Assembly (NCBI GenBank): GCA_045546195.1
Contig: JAZQCH010000001.1
Coordinates: forward strand, 103,362 to 167,361
Direction of reading: 5' to 3'
Length of the DNA stretch: 64,000 bases
Source of the DNA: Candidatus Enterousia sp.
GTDB taxonomy: Bacteria > Pseudomonadota > Alphaproteobacteria > Rs-D84
Part shown: positions 1 to 9,971 of the stretch, one piece after another
Layout of the letters: each line of letters opens with the position of its first letter
Numbering within the stretch: position 1 is the stretch's first letter
Position numbers and translations under genes: made by a program
The notes under the pieces: generated by a model
What the model saw: the letters and a program-made list of their open reading frames with translations, nothing else
The model's database searches: none
Told to the model about the DNA's origin: nothing

Positions 1-1490
1 GTAATCGGCATGTTTCTGTGAAATCGGTGTGACAACCACTGGCTCTGGCGACAACCACAATGGCAAATTACCACCCGTTGATTCCAGCAAGACGCCCATA
101 AATCGTTCAATCGACCCCAGCATTGCGCGATGCAACATAATCGGACGATGTTTTTCGCCATCTTCGCCAACATAGGACAGGTCAAATCTTTCCGGCAAAT
201 TCATATCCAATTGGACCGTACCGCACTGCCATACGCGCCCCATAGAATCGCGCAGATAGTTATCAATTTTCGGTCCATAGAACGCTGCGTCCCCTTCGGC
301 GATTTCGTATTCAATCCCGTTCGCATCCAACGCATGCTTTAATGCCCCTTCGGCCTTGTCCCAGATTTCATCCGACCCAATACGGAATTCAGATTCTTTG
401 CGCGTTGCCAATTTCATGGTAATTTTATCAAATCCAAACTTGCCATAAATGTCTTTGATAAATTTCAAGATTTTGACAACTTCTTCTTCTAACTGTTCTT
501 CGGTACAGAAAATATGTGCATCGTCCTGGGTAAATTCACGCACACGCATCAGCCCCGACAAACCACCGGCCGCTTCATAGCGATGAACCTTGCCAAATTC
601 TGCCATATACAGCGGCAAATCCTTGTACGAACGCAAACCATGTCCAAACACCAACATACCACCCGGGCATGACATCGGCTTGATACAGAACACTTTGCCA
701 TCCTGTGTTTTACCTGAATAGTTATGTTCACCATACTTTGCCCAGTGCCCACTGCGTTCCCACAGACATCTGTCCATAACGGCGGGCGTTGAAATTTCCT
801 GGTACCCTGCCCGTTCCTGGCGCGCACGCACATATTCAATCAGACGGCGATACATCTTGTACCCCTTGTCATGCCAGAACACCGCCCCCGGCGCATATTC
901 TGGTTCAAAGTGGAACAAATCCATATCTTTGCCCAATTTGCGGTTATCGCGCGCGGCGGCCTCTTCCTGCATTTTCAGGAAATTATCCAATTCTTCGCGT
1001 GTTGCGAACGCATCAACATAGATACGTTGTAACATTTTGTTTTTCGAATCCCCCTTCCAGTATGCACCGGCAACACTGCGGATTTTGAAACTGTCGCGTG
1101 GTAAATCCTTGGAACTTTCCACGTGTGGTCCACGACACAAATCAACAAAATCACGGAAGGTATAGATAGACAACGCTTCGCCCGCCGCATCATATTCGTT
1201 CAGCCATTCCATTTTATATGGTTGGTCTGCGAAAATTTCCTTGGCCTCGTCCAAAGAAACATTTCTCTGTTCAAAACGACCATTAGACTTGATTAAATCA
1301 CGCATTTCCCGTTCGATTTTTTCAAAATCATCTTCGGAAAAACGATATTCTGTATCAAAGTCATAATAGAACCCATTTTCAATCGCCGGTCCACCCGCGA
1401 ATTTAACCTCTGGGTGTAATTTTTTAACCGCCGCCGCCATAACGTGTGCCAACGAATGACGCATTAATTCGATATCATATGCCATAATAA
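1..1490 (-). CDS. thrS: Threonyl-tRNA synthetase, partial (C-terminus beyond window left edge); begins just upstream of the editing-domain HxxxH with no TGS domain
   Basis: Manual minus-strand translation from ATG at 1490 (complement of cat at 1488-1490): MAYDIELMRHSLAHVMAAAVKKLHPEVKFAGGPAIENGFYYDF...CGPHVESSKDL...CIKPMSCPG...FTQDDAHIF. In-frame TAA stops lie 11 and 14 codons upstream, so no longer N-terminus is possible. Class II motifs present. Putative SD aaaggg upstream. Confidence 0.88.
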
Positions 1491-1674
1491 AAGCCCTTTT
1501 ATATTTTATATTTTTTTAATTTGATTAACTGTTTGATTATAAGAATTTGTGCCACGCACCGCAATAGAATTTACACCCCCAACGGGGTTGTAGTAGTTGT
1601 TGTAAAGAATAAACCAAACATTTTCATAACACCAATATTATTACCATCACCGCAAAAAATCAAGATATAAATTC

Positions 1675-1693
1675 CCCTCCACCGGAGGGGTGG
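1675..1693. repeat. Left copy of hairpin direct repeat tcccctccaccggaggggt flanking the DUF559 gene
   Basis: cccctcc/ggagggg stem with 3-nt loop. Same 17-19 nt recurs at 2098-2116. Confidence 0.7.
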
Positions 1694-1696
1694 CGG

Positions 1697-2065
1697 CTAT
1701 GCCGACGGGGAGGGTTTAAGTCTTTCAACATTAAATCTTATCCACTCTAACACAGCCCCCATATCCTTCTTTACATCCTTATCTTCTATCCTTAGAACAG
1801 TTATCCCAACAGACCGCATATATTCATCACGGGCATTATCATATTTGTACTTATCATCATGGGAACAGCCATCTATCTCTATTACCAATTTCAATTCTTT
1901 ACAATAAAAATCCGCTATATAATTTCCAATTGGTTTTTGTTTCGTGAACTTCACCCCCAACGCAGACCTTTTTAGTTCGTTCCACAACAAAACCTCTGAC
2001 AAAATACCCGCGCGACGGTTCGCACGGGCAAAGTTATTCAAATTTTTATTGTATAATTCCACCAT
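1697..2065 (-). CDS. DUF559 (Vsr/MutH-fold) endonuclease-like small protein
   Basis: 122 aa. ...LWNELKRSALGVKFTKQKPIGNYIADFYCKELKLVIEIDGCSH... matches the DUF559 family pattern. Bounded by 19-bp hairpin direct repeats. Confidence 0.7.
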   Translation of the reverse strand: MVELYNKNLNNFARANRRAGILSEVLLWNELKRSALGVKFTKQKPIGNYIADFYCKELKLVIEIDGCSHDDKYKYDNARDEYMRSVGITVLRIEDKDVKKDMGAVLEWIRFNVERLKPSPSA

Positions 2066-2097
2066 TATACAACCCTCCCCGCCAACTTTCGTTGGCC

Positions 2098-2116
2098 CTC
2101 CCCTCCACCGGAGGGG
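2098..2116. repeat. Right copy of hairpin direct repeat tcccctccaccggagggga
   Basis: Identical core to 1675-1693. Lies 33 nt upstream of the DUF559 start. Confidence 0.7.
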
Positions 2117-2122
2117 AATTTA

Positions 2123-2839
2123 TTATTCTGCGGCGGTGAAAACCTTCTGCACATCATCATTGGCATCCAGCGCATCCACCAACTTTTCCAACTTGGCATA
2201 GGCTTCGTCGTCCAAATCCATTGGCATATTTGGCAACCATGTCAATTCAGCCTGTTCTGGTTCACCCAACACATCGGCCAGATATTTTTGTGCATTCACA
2301 AAATCTTCTGGTTTTGTTGTGATGATAAAGCCCTCTTCGGATGTTTCCAGGTTATCGGCATTGGCCTCCATAATAATTTCCATCATTTCATCTTCGGTTT
2401 TGCCGATTGATGCGGGGTACATAATCTGGCCTGCGCGCGTGAACATAAACACAACGGAACCTTCTTCGCCCATATTTCCGCCATTTTTGCCAAAGATATT
2501 GCGAATTTCCGGCACAGTACGACGTGGGTTGTCGGTCAATGCCTCTACAATAACCGGCACCGCACCTGGGCCATAGCCTTCATAGCGCACCGCTTCGTAA
2601 TTTTCTGTATTTGAACCCGACGCCTTGTCAATTGCGCGTTTGATATTGTCGTTCGGCATAGAATTCTTGCGTGCGGTTAAAATCGCCAATCTCAGGCGCG
2701 GATTGTTATCCGGGTTTTTATCCCCCAACTTTGCCGCCATGGTAATTTCACGCGCCAATTTTGTGAACAGCCCACTGCGTGCTGCGTCGGCTGCGCCCTT
2801 TTTATGCTGAATATTGTGCCATTTACTGTGTCCACTCAT
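2123..2839 (-). CDS. yebC: YebC/PmpR family DNA-binding transcriptional regulator
   Basis: 238 aa. N-terminus MSGHSKWHNIQHKKG is typical YebC. Full-length family match. Confidence 0.9.
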   Translation of the reverse strand: MSGHSKWHNIQHKKGAADAARSGLFTKLAREITMAAKLGDKNPDNNPRLRLAILTARKNSMPNDNIKRAIDKASGSNTENYEAVRYEGYGPGAVPVIVEALTDNPRRTVPEIRNIFGKNGGNMGEEGSVVFMFTRAGQIMYPASIGKTEDEMMEIIMEANADNLETSEEGFIITTKPEDFVNAQKYLADVLGEPEQAELTWLPNMPMDLDDEAYAKLEKLVDALDANDDVQKVFTAAE

Positions 2840-2889
2840 ATTTGACCTTTTTATTTATTTAGATTAAAATTACCCCAAAAGGATAACAA

Positions 2890-3483
2890 ATGATTGGCAA
2901 ATTGCAAGGCATAGTTGACTATATCGGCGACGGATTTGTGATTTTATTGGTGAACGGTGTTGGCTACAAAGTATTCACCGCCGAATACCTGACCCACAAA
3001 TCGACGGTTGAACTGTGGATTGAAACGGTTGTCCGCGAAGATTCCATACGTTTATTTGGCTTTACAACCCTGAACGGACAAAACCTGTTTAATATGCTAA
3101 CTGCCGTTTCCGGCGTGGGACCTAAGGTTGCACTGGCCATACTTGGCACAATAAATTCCGACACCCTGATGTCTGCGATTGCAACGGGTGACGCAAAGAC
3201 AATTGCGACGGCCCCAGGCGTTGGTAAAAAGATGGCGGAAAAAATCATTGTTGAATTAAAGAACAAAATCGGTGGGGTATCGGCAACACTGTTTGCCCCA
3301 GATGCCGGCGCAACCGCATCCGCATCATCCGCCCTGCCTGATTTATTGATGGCATTGGAAGCATTGGGCTATCGCCGTCTGGACATTATCGAAATGGCGC
3401 AACACCTGGTGAACCAGAACCCAACGGCGGATGTATCAAAACTGGTCCCCATGGCATTAAAAGAAATCAGCGGGAACAAATAA
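2890..3483 (+). CDS. ruvA: Holliday junction DNA helicase RuvA (ruvB is not adjacent)
   Basis: 197 aa. MIGKLQGIVDYIGDGFVILLVNGVGYKVF...HhH region GVGPKVALAIL. SD aaaaggat upstream. Confidence 0.92.
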   Translation: MIGKLQGIVDYIGDGFVILLVNGVGYKVFTAEYLTHKSTVELWIETVVREDSIRLFGFTTLNGQNLFNMLTAVSGVGPKVALAILGTINSDTLMSAIATGDAKTIATAPGVGKKMAEKIIVELKNKIGGVSATLFAPDAGATASASSALPDLLMALEALGYRRLDIIEMAQHLVNQNPTADVSKLVPMALKEISGNK

Positions 3484-3484
3484 C

Positions 3485-4876
3485 ATGAATAACGACACAA
3501 TTTTTGCACTATCATCTGGGCATGGTAAATCCGGCGTTGCGGTAATTCGCATATCGGGCGACAATCTGCGCGACACATTTTCTAAATTTATATTCCCCCA
3601 CACTGGGGGGGTGGCGCGCAAATGCGCGACGGGGGGGATTCCCCCACATCGGGGGGGTGGCGCGAATGCGACGGGGGGGGTAACGCCCCGCCACGCGTAC
3701 TTTTGTAATTTGACGGACACCGCGGGGGATTTAATTGACCAATGTCTGGCGATATATTTTCCCGCCCCACACAGTTTTACCGGCACAGATATTATTGAAC
3801 TACACACGCACGGCGCGCCGGCCACAATTAACGCGACATTTGAATACCTGAAAACATTGGGCATGCGCATGGCGACCCCGGGTGAGTTTTCACGTCGCGC
3901 ATTTTATAATAACAAAATGGATTTGGCGGATGTTGATGGCCTGGCGGCGTTGCTGGATGCACAAACCGATGTCCAACGCAAACACGCATTAAAATCTATG
4001 CTGGGCCGCGACAGTGAAATTTACAGCACCTGGCGCGAACAAATGGTTGAAATATCGGCGTATGCGGCGGCAATCCTGGATTACAGCCCAGACGACCTGC
4101 CCGCGAACATTAGCGAAACAATTCACACACGCACAGAAAAATTATATAACGAAATAAACACCGCCCTGAATAATTATCGCACATCGCGCGCAATTCGTGG
4201 CGGAATAAATGTCGCATTGGTCGGCGAAACAAATGTCGGTAAATCATCAATCTTTAATTATCTGGCGGGGTCTAACCGCGCAATTGTGTCCGATATTGCC
4301 GGCACCACACGCGATGTTGTATCAATAAACCTGGACCTGGACGGTTATTTAATCAACCTGTCCGATACGGCGGGGCTGCGTGAAACAGACGACGAAATTG
4401 AATCAATCGGCATTGAACGCACAAAATCTGAAATCGAAAATGCGGACATCGTCATCCACGTCTATACGCCGGAAAACATGCCAAAATGGCGCATTGACGA
4501 CAGCCGCATTGGCCCCAATCCAAACATAAACATTGTAAATAAATCCGACACCACAACGGAACGCGACCCCGAATTTGGATTATATGTATCTGCCAAAACC
4601 GGCGATGGGATGGATAAATTTATGGACGAACTGCGCGCAAAAATTCACGAAATCATGGATGGGGCGGAAAACGCCCTGACAATCAACGCGCGCACAAAAT
4701 CATTACTGGAATCCGCCCGCGACGAATTGGGCGCGGCATTGAACGCCGATGACAACTATGACATATTTGCCGAACACACACGCCGCGCTGCGGACGCAAT
4801 TGGCAAAATATTGGGCACAATCACCACAACCGAGGTCCTGGATAAAACATTCGGTCAACTGTGCCTGGGGAAATAG
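3485..4876 (+). CDS. mnmE: tRNA modification GTPase MnmE, with an in-frame ~30-aa repeat-derived insertion in the N-terminal domain
   Basis: 463 aa. MNNDTIFALSSGHGKSGVAVIRISG..., G-domain GETNVGKSS, DTAG, NKSD, and C-terminal CLGK. The insertion HTGGVARKCATGGIPPHRGGGANATGGVT is encoded by the repeat at 3593-3690. Confidence 0.92.
   Translation: MNNDTIFALSSGHGKSGVAVIRISGDNLRDTFSKFIFPHTGGVARKCATGGIPPHRGGGANATGGVTPRHAYFCNLTDTAGDLIDQCLAIYFPAPHSFTGTDIIELHTHGAPATINATFEYLKTLGMRMATPGEFSRRAFYNNKMDLADVDGLAALLDAQTDVQRKHALKSMLGRDSEIYSTWREQMVEISAYAAAILDYSPDDLPANISETIHTRTEKLYNEINTALNNYRTSRAIRGGINVALVGETNVGKSSIFNYLAGSNRAIVSDIAGTTRDVVSINLDLDGYLINLSDTAGLRETDDEIESIGIERTKSEIENADIVIHVYTPENMPKWRIDDSRIGPNPNINIVNKSDTTTERDPEFGLYVSAKTGDGMDKFMDELRAKIHEIMDGAENALTINARTKSLLESARDELGAALNADDNYDIFAEHTRRAADAIGKILGTITTTEVLDKTFGQLCLGK
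3593..3690. repeat. Tandem (about 46 + 42 bp) RPE-like palindromic G-run/C-run element inserted in-frame in mnmE
   Basis: ttcccccacactgggggggtggcgcgcaaatgcgcgacggggggga followed by ttcccccacatcgggggggtggcgcgaatgcgacgggggggg. Four G7-G8 runs sit on the coding strand. Confidence 0.75.
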
Positions 4877-4904
4877 CCCACCCGTACACACAAACACAAT
4901 GAAT

Positions 4905-4934
4905 AAAAATCCCGCCAAATGGCGGGATTTTTAT
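4905..4934. terminator. Bidirectional rho-independent terminator shared by convergent mnmE and the acyl-CoA synthetase gene
   Basis: aaaaatcccgccaaatggcgggatttttatt: GC stem flanked by an A-tract and a T-tract. Confidence 0.8.
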
Positions 4935-6511
4935 TCGTGTCTATCTGGGTATTTACCCTCAATCAAATTCTGACGCACGATATGGTGTTTAACCTTTTGC
5001 GTGCTGGTCAATGGTAAATCTTCGGTCGTGATGGCGAAATGGGTCACCCACTTATAACTGGCAACCTTTTTATTTTCCGCCGCAACCGCCGCACCAATTT
5101 GTTCAAGGGTCACACCATCTTCGACACTGAACACAGCATATGTGACGGTTTTATCTTTGACCTTGTGTTCAAATACCGCAACATTTTTAACACCTGGGAT
5201 TGTGATATACATACCTTCCAGTTCGTCTGGATATACGTTTTTCCCACTGTCCAGAACGATAACTTGCTTTTTACGACCTGCAAAATGCAATTCACCATTT
5301 TTATCCATCGACACCATGTCCCCGGTATTAAAGAATCCACGTTCATCGAATATTTCTTTGTTCGCGTCTTCGTTATTCAGGTACCCACCGAACACCTGAT
5401 GCCCACGCAACCACAGAACACCAACACCATCTTCGTTTTTATCACGAATTTCGCATTCGTTGTTCAGCGTTGGCGCACCAAACGCAAACGGGAAACGTTT
5501 TTTCGTTGGTTTTGAAATACAGATTGGGCCAACCGTTTCTGTCAAACCATAACCCTGAATAAAGGTCAACCCCAGACGTTCATAAAATGTTTCCACCTCG
5601 GGCTTGGTTGCGGCACCACCCGCCACCAACAGACGCGCACGCCCACCAAACACATCCAGAATTGGTTTTTGTACCTTGCGCACCAATGCGCCCAGACCAA
5701 TTTTCTGTAATACTTTGCCATACTTCAAAACAAATGACACCAGCCACCATTTTTTCTGGGCCTTGACATTATCAATAATTTTGTTGCGGAACACTTCCCA
5801 TAAACGTGGCACCGCCGGGATAACCTGGGGACGGAATTTCTTAAAGTCCGCCATAATTTCCTTTGGATTAACGGTCGGTTGCAACAAAACACCCGCGCCA
5901 AAATGCACCGTCGCCAGGATTTCAACCCCAAACCCAAAGACGTGATACATCGGCAAGAACCCATACAGAATATCCCCTGGTCGAATCCATTCCGCCATTG
6001 ATTCCAACGAATTCGCACATTCAACCAAATTAAAGTGCGTCAATGGCACAACCTTTGGCACACCGGTTGACCCCGACGTGAAAGACATTGTCGCCACATC
6101 CAATGATTCCAGTGCCGCCGGCTTTAAATCTGGATTTACCTTGCCGTCCTTTTTGGTGATATCATAGAATGTAAATTTATCGGTTTTAAATACAAAAGAC
6201 TTTTCCGCACAAACCAACTTACAATTTGTCGTTGTTGCCATATTGTCATATTCAAACGGCGTCAGATTTGTATCCAGCAACAATACCGTCGCCCCCAAAT
6301 ACCACAATGCGAACAGTGTAATTGGAAATTCTGGAATATTGTGTGATAAAATACCAACAACATCACCTTTTTTAACGCCCACCTTGTCCAGGGACGTGGC
6401 GCGTGCCTTGACCAAATTAACAAAATCTTTATATGCAACACCTTCGCGCACCAGGAACAAATTATCCGGCCATGTTTGCGCTGTGCGTTCTAACAACTGA
6501 TACATATTCAT
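4931..6511 (-). CDS. AMP-dependent synthetase / long-chain fatty acid-CoA ligase family
   Basis: Start chosen at MNMYQLLERT (6511). The longer ORF up to 6715 overlaps xth. AMP-binding motif SFTSGSTGVPKVV and GYGLTETVG are present. Confidence 0.8.
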   Translation of the reverse strand: MNMYQLLERTAQTWPDNLFLVREGVAYKDFVNLVKARATSLDKVGVKKGDVVGILSHNIPEFPITLFALWYLGATVLLLDTNLTPFEYDNMATTTNCKLVCAEKSFVFKTDKFTFYDITKKDGKVNPDLKPAALESLDVATMSFTSGSTGVPKVVPLTHFNLVECANSLESMAEWIRPGDILYGFLPMYHVFGFGVEILATVHFGAGVLLQPTVNPKEIMADFKKFRPQVIPAVPRLWEVFRNKIIDNVKAQKKWWLVSFVLKYGKVLQKIGLGALVRKVQKPILDVFGGRARLLVAGGAATKPEVETFYERLGLTFIQGYGLTETVGPICISKPTKKRFPFAFGAPTLNNECEIRDKNEDGVGVLWLRGHQVFGGYLNNEDANKEIFDERGFFNTGDMVSMDKNGELHFAGRKKQVIVLDSGKNVYPDELEGMYITIPGVKNVAVFEHKVKDKTVTYAVFSVEDGVTLEQIGAAVAAENKKVASYKWVTHFAITTEDLPLTSTQKVKHHIVRQNLIEGKYPDRHE

Positions 6512-6581
6512 GTTATAAAATTCCTTGTTGTTTTTTATATTGGACACAGATATTATACTCATGAAAAAAAGGAAAGCAAAC

Positions 6582-7352
6582 ATGAAAATCTTGACCCTGA
6601 ATATCAATTCAATTCGTGCCCATATAGAAAGTTTTATTGACATCCTGCGTGGTGGCGAATACGACACCATCATGGTCCAGGAATTAAAGGTTGAAACCGC
6701 CAATTTTCCCCACATGTTGTTTGATGAATTTGGCTATAATATCAAGGTTTTCGGGCAAAAATCCTGGAACGGCGTTGCGATATTTTCTAAATATTCAATC
6801 GAAGATACCATACTTGGCATGCCAAACTACGCAGACCCAAACGCCCGTTTTCTTGAATGCGTGGTCGATGGTCGTGTACGCCTGATTAACACATATATGC
6901 CAAATGGCGACACGGTTGATTCGCCAAAGTTTCCATATAAATTGGAATGGATGCGCGCATTCACGGACTATATTTCCCAATACTTGGATTCGCCCGAACC
7001 CGTGATTATCGGTGGCGACTTTAACGTTGCAATCGAAGACCGCGACATCTGGAAACCCAAGAATTACGAAGGCATCGCCATTTCTGCCCCGGCGGCACGC
7101 GCCATAATGAACGATTGGTTGAACGCGGGCTGGGTTGACGCATGGCGTACCCTGCACCCAGATGAAATCGATTACACATGGTATGGATATCGTGGCCGCG
7201 ACACCGTCGGCAACAAACAGGGGCTGCGCCTGGATTACTTCCTGTGTAATAAAACGGCGGCTAAAATGATAAAGAATTGCGAAATCGACATTGAACCACG
7301 CCTGGCCTCTAAACCCACCGACCATTGTGGATTGATGCTGGAATTAAAATAG
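6582..7352 (+). CDS. xth: Exodeoxyribonuclease III
   Basis: MKILTLNINSIRAH...QELK...NTYMPNG...GGDFNV...LDYF. SD aggaaa 8 nt upstream of ATG 6582. ORF-track start 6525 is probably too far upstream. Confidence 0.88.
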   Translation: MKILTLNINSIRAHIESFIDILRGGEYDTIMVQELKVETANFPHMLFDEFGYNIKVFGQKSWNGVAIFSKYSIEDTILGMPNYADPNARFLECVVDGRVRLINTYMPNGDTVDSPKFPYKLEWMRAFTDYISQYLDSPEPVIIGGDFNVAIEDRDIWKPKNYEGIAISAPAARAIMNDWLNAGWVDAWRTLHPDEIDYTWYGYRGRDTVGNKQGLRLDYFLCNKTAAKMIKNCEIDIEPRLASKPTDHCGLMLELK

Positions 7353-7395
7353 TTCCAATCGCAAAATATAAATTATTTGAACAATTGTGTCGACT

Positions 7396-7453
7396 GTTGC
7401 GATTTGAACAACCGTAGTGTACAGACGCTACATGAGGTTGTTCAAATCGCAAC
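7396..7453. repeat. Family A palindromic element: perfect 18-bp inverted arms gttgcgatttgaacaacc closing conserved 22-nt loop gtagtgtacagacgctacatga
   Basis: Lies between convergent xth and the addB-like gene. The core is shared with 14300-14321 and, degenerately, with 17537-17559. Confidence 0.8.
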
Positions 7454-7472
7454 ACCGCGAACCGATTGGCAT

Positions 7473-9971
7473 TTAATCCTTGATGCGGGCTAAATCGTCA
7501 TACTGTTTATATTTAGTATCACCCGTTTCACGATATTCATACGCAGACGCACCCGCCGAATATATATTGAATAATTCAGTTGTCTTATCAACCGCCATAC
7601 GCATCATTTCTGCGGTTTTTTCCGCATCATATTCAATCACACGCGCATCATTATTTTTCAGTTGTAAAAATCGCATAATCGGCGCACGCGACAATGATGT
7701 TGTCCGAATTGGAAAACCACCCGACTGTAAAATATAGGCTTCCAACGGTAATTGCGGCATATTGCCCTGCTCTAACTGACTTTTTGATGGTGCGGTGCCT
7801 GTTTTAATATCCATCACACCACCATCCCAAATCCTATCTGCGCGCGCACGAACATTGCGCCCGGCGATTTTTACCGCCCCACCAATTTCCGCATATGCGT
7901 TTTGTACACTTGTCAATTCATTTGCGATAACCGGCGCAATTTCCACAAATCTTTTGTGCCAGAAATGAAATATCACACTGCCCGCACCCAGTTTTTCCAA
8001 CGCACGCCGGTCCATTTCTGCGACCAATGCGTCGGGACGTAAATCCGTCGCTTTCTCAACCACATCGTGAACCAGATTTCCAAAATCACGCGCATCAACC
8101 CCAACCCAGTAATCATCCAACACCCGCAACCGCAAAATATGTTTCACATAGAAAGAATACGGATTATGAATCAAATGTTCCAATTCTGTCACATACACAT
8201 CTGACCAATCGGCGGGGGGCATTGGCGCGGAATAATCCAATGGTTTATATGGCACATTGTCGCGCGCCAACACCGCATCCAATATTTCTGTGTCTGTATT
8301 AAACGCACCCCGTCGCGCAATCACGCGTGATATAAATCGTGATTCCGTTGTCTGAACGCCACCGGCAATCGCCGACCGCAACCAATACACGCATTTTCCG
8401 CACGACAAATTCATAAAATCCAACGCCTGTAATGACACCTTGCGATTTGGTGATGGCAATCCAATTTTTTCCGCCACCGCCCGTGGCAACCATGCGTTTT
8501 CATACCCGCGCGATGGGAACATCCCCTCGTTCAGTCCCGTCAAAATCACAACATCGGCCGTCTGCATACGCGATTCAATTGTCCCCAAAACAACAACATC
8601 CGCCCCATCATTTATCGCCCCACGAACCGACACACCCGCCAAAGCATCCGCAACAAATGCGCGTGCATCCGCCAGTGTCAAATCTATTTGCGCAACATTC
8701 AGCGCATTGGACATATCGCGCAGCGCCGACCAAATTTCCACATTATCATCCGCGACAAATTGCGGCTGAAATTGCGGCATATATAAATCAACAATCACCG
8801 CAATTGTGTCAAATAAATCATGATTATTTTCCGCATAGATTTTATCAAACGCATTTGATTTATTTTCAATCCATGTATCCAACAAATTCAAAATCGCACG
8901 CCCCGGCGCCGTCATTGTGCCGGACACACCACCTGAAAAGTCCGCCACCACCCCGCGATTACGCAACGCCCCCGCAATACGCTGGTTTCCCGCCGCATCC
9001 GGTGTTATCACCAACACAGATTTCTTGTCCGCAACCGCATGCGCGGCAATTTCCGCGACCACGTCTGCCTCAATCCCTTCGCGTGGGACAGTAATTAAAT
9101 GACAATTTGATAAATCTGTATCTATATCATGCGCCCCACAATCATTACCAAACGCATAATTCATAAAGTCTATATTTGATACCCCAACATCAATTGGCAA
9201 AACATCCGATGCCCCCAACCCCAGACGCGACAAAAATTTATATTCTGCGTTATATGGATTAGTATCTAATTCAAAGTCCGCAACCCGCCCATCAATTTTA
9301 CCGGACAAAATAATCCGCCCATGGGGGCTGCGCGCAACAGCCTCCATTAAATCAGCCGTTGCGGGAACACTGGCGGTTGATGCACAGACAACCACCAATT
9401 TATATTTATCCAATTGCCCCGCCCATGCGCGAATATCGCGATTACGCGCGGCTGTGGCGGTAATCCGTCCACCCGCATACTTTTCCATAAACCCCGACAA
9501 AATCCCCAAGATTTTCGCTTTGCTTTGAAAATGCGTGGCATATTTTTCATCAACCAATGCGCCCCAGTCAATGGTCGCCGCATCCACACCTTCGTTTTCC
9601 ATATAGTCCTGCATACGCACCAAATCGTGGGCCACCGTCAATGCCGTTGTTAAATTTCCAACATTTGCGTCCGCCGCCAACAATCGCGCCAAAATCGCCA
9701 CGCGTTCAACATTTGAAATAACGTCTGGTGTATTTTCTGTATCATCCGTATCTTCATCCGCCCCTTCGCCCAGTGCAACCAAACGTGGCAAAATCGCCAC
9801 ACCACCTGACCGTTCAGCAATCATTTTTTCAACCGTGCGCACTGCACGCCGACTGGGCAAAAATATCAGCATATCTGACACATCCACGCCGGATTGTTCC
9901 ATAACATGCCACAGCGCATCCGCCATACGCGCCGGATTTGTCGCATAAAAGATGTTGTTATTTAACACCAA
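7473..9971 (-). CDS. addB: AddB-like PD-(D/E)XK nuclease (double-strand break repair); no addA adjacent
   Basis: 832 aa. C-terminal RecB-type nuclease motif RADRIWD...VMDIKTG. Overall AddB-like architecture. Confidence 0.6.
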   Translation of the reverse strand: MVLNNNIFYATNPARMADALWHVMEQSGVDVSDMLIFLPSRRAVRTVEKMIAERSGGVAILPRLVALGEGADEDTDDTENTPDVISNVERVAILARLLAADANVGNLTTALTVAHDLVRMQDYMENEGVDAATIDWGALVDEKYATHFQSKAKILGILSGFMEKYAGGRITATAARNRDIRAWAGQLDKYKLVVVCASTASVPATADLMEAVARSPHGRIILSGKIDGRVADFELDTNPYNAEYKFLSRLGLGASDVLPIDVGVSNIDFMNYAFGNDCGAHDIDTDLSNCHLITVPREGIEADVVAEIAAHAVADKKSVLVITPDAAGNQRIAGALRNRGVVADFSGGVSGTMTAPGRAILNLLDTWIENKSNAFDKIYAENNHDLFDTIAVIVDLYMPQFQPQFVADDNVEIWSALRDMSNALNVAQIDLTLADARAFVADALAGVSVRGAINDGADVVVLGTIESRMQTADVVILTGLNEGMFPSRGYENAWLPRAVAEKIGLPSPNRKVSLQALDFMNLSCGKCVYWLRSAIAGGVQTTESRFISRVIARRGAFNTDTEILDAVLARDNVPYKPLDYSAPMPPADWSDVYVTELEHLIHNPYSFYVKHILRLRVLDDYWVGVDARDFGNLVHDVVEKATDLRPDALVAEMDRRALEKLGAGSVIFHFWHKRFVEIAPVIANELTSVQNAYAEIGGAVKIAGRNVRARADRIWDGGVMDIKTGTAPSKSQLEQGNMPQLPLEAYILQSGGFPIRTTSLSRAPIMRFLQLKNNDARVIEYDAEKTAEMMRMAVDKTTELFNIYSAGASAYEYRETGDTKYKQYDDLARIKD

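Noticed and set aside
130-1193. Several 70-100 aa ORFs on both strands (130-342+, 549-839-, 789-1088+, 975-1193-)
   Set aside because: All lie inside or antisense to the manually verified thrS reading frame and have no motifs. They are spurious.
3593-3690. G/C-run repeat as a CRISPR-like array
   Set aside because: Only two tandem units with no unique spacers, and it lies inside a coding sequence. It is an RPE-like insertion, not a CRISPR.
3457-3870. Minus-strand ORFs (3457-3870, 3512-3694, 3588-3770) rich in P/G/R
   Set aside because: Antisense translations of the G/C-run repeat inside mnmE. Their composition is dictated by the repeat, not by coding.
6512-6715. N-terminal extension of the acyl-CoA synthetase ORF to 6715
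   Set aside because: The extension overlaps the xth start region and carries no homology. The family-typical N-terminus begins at MNMYQLL (6511).
8027-9653. Multiple plus-strand ORFs (8432-9094 220 aa, 8440-8769, 9414-9653 and others)
   Set aside because: Antisense to the addB-like gene. Pro/His-rich low-complexity translations with no motifs.
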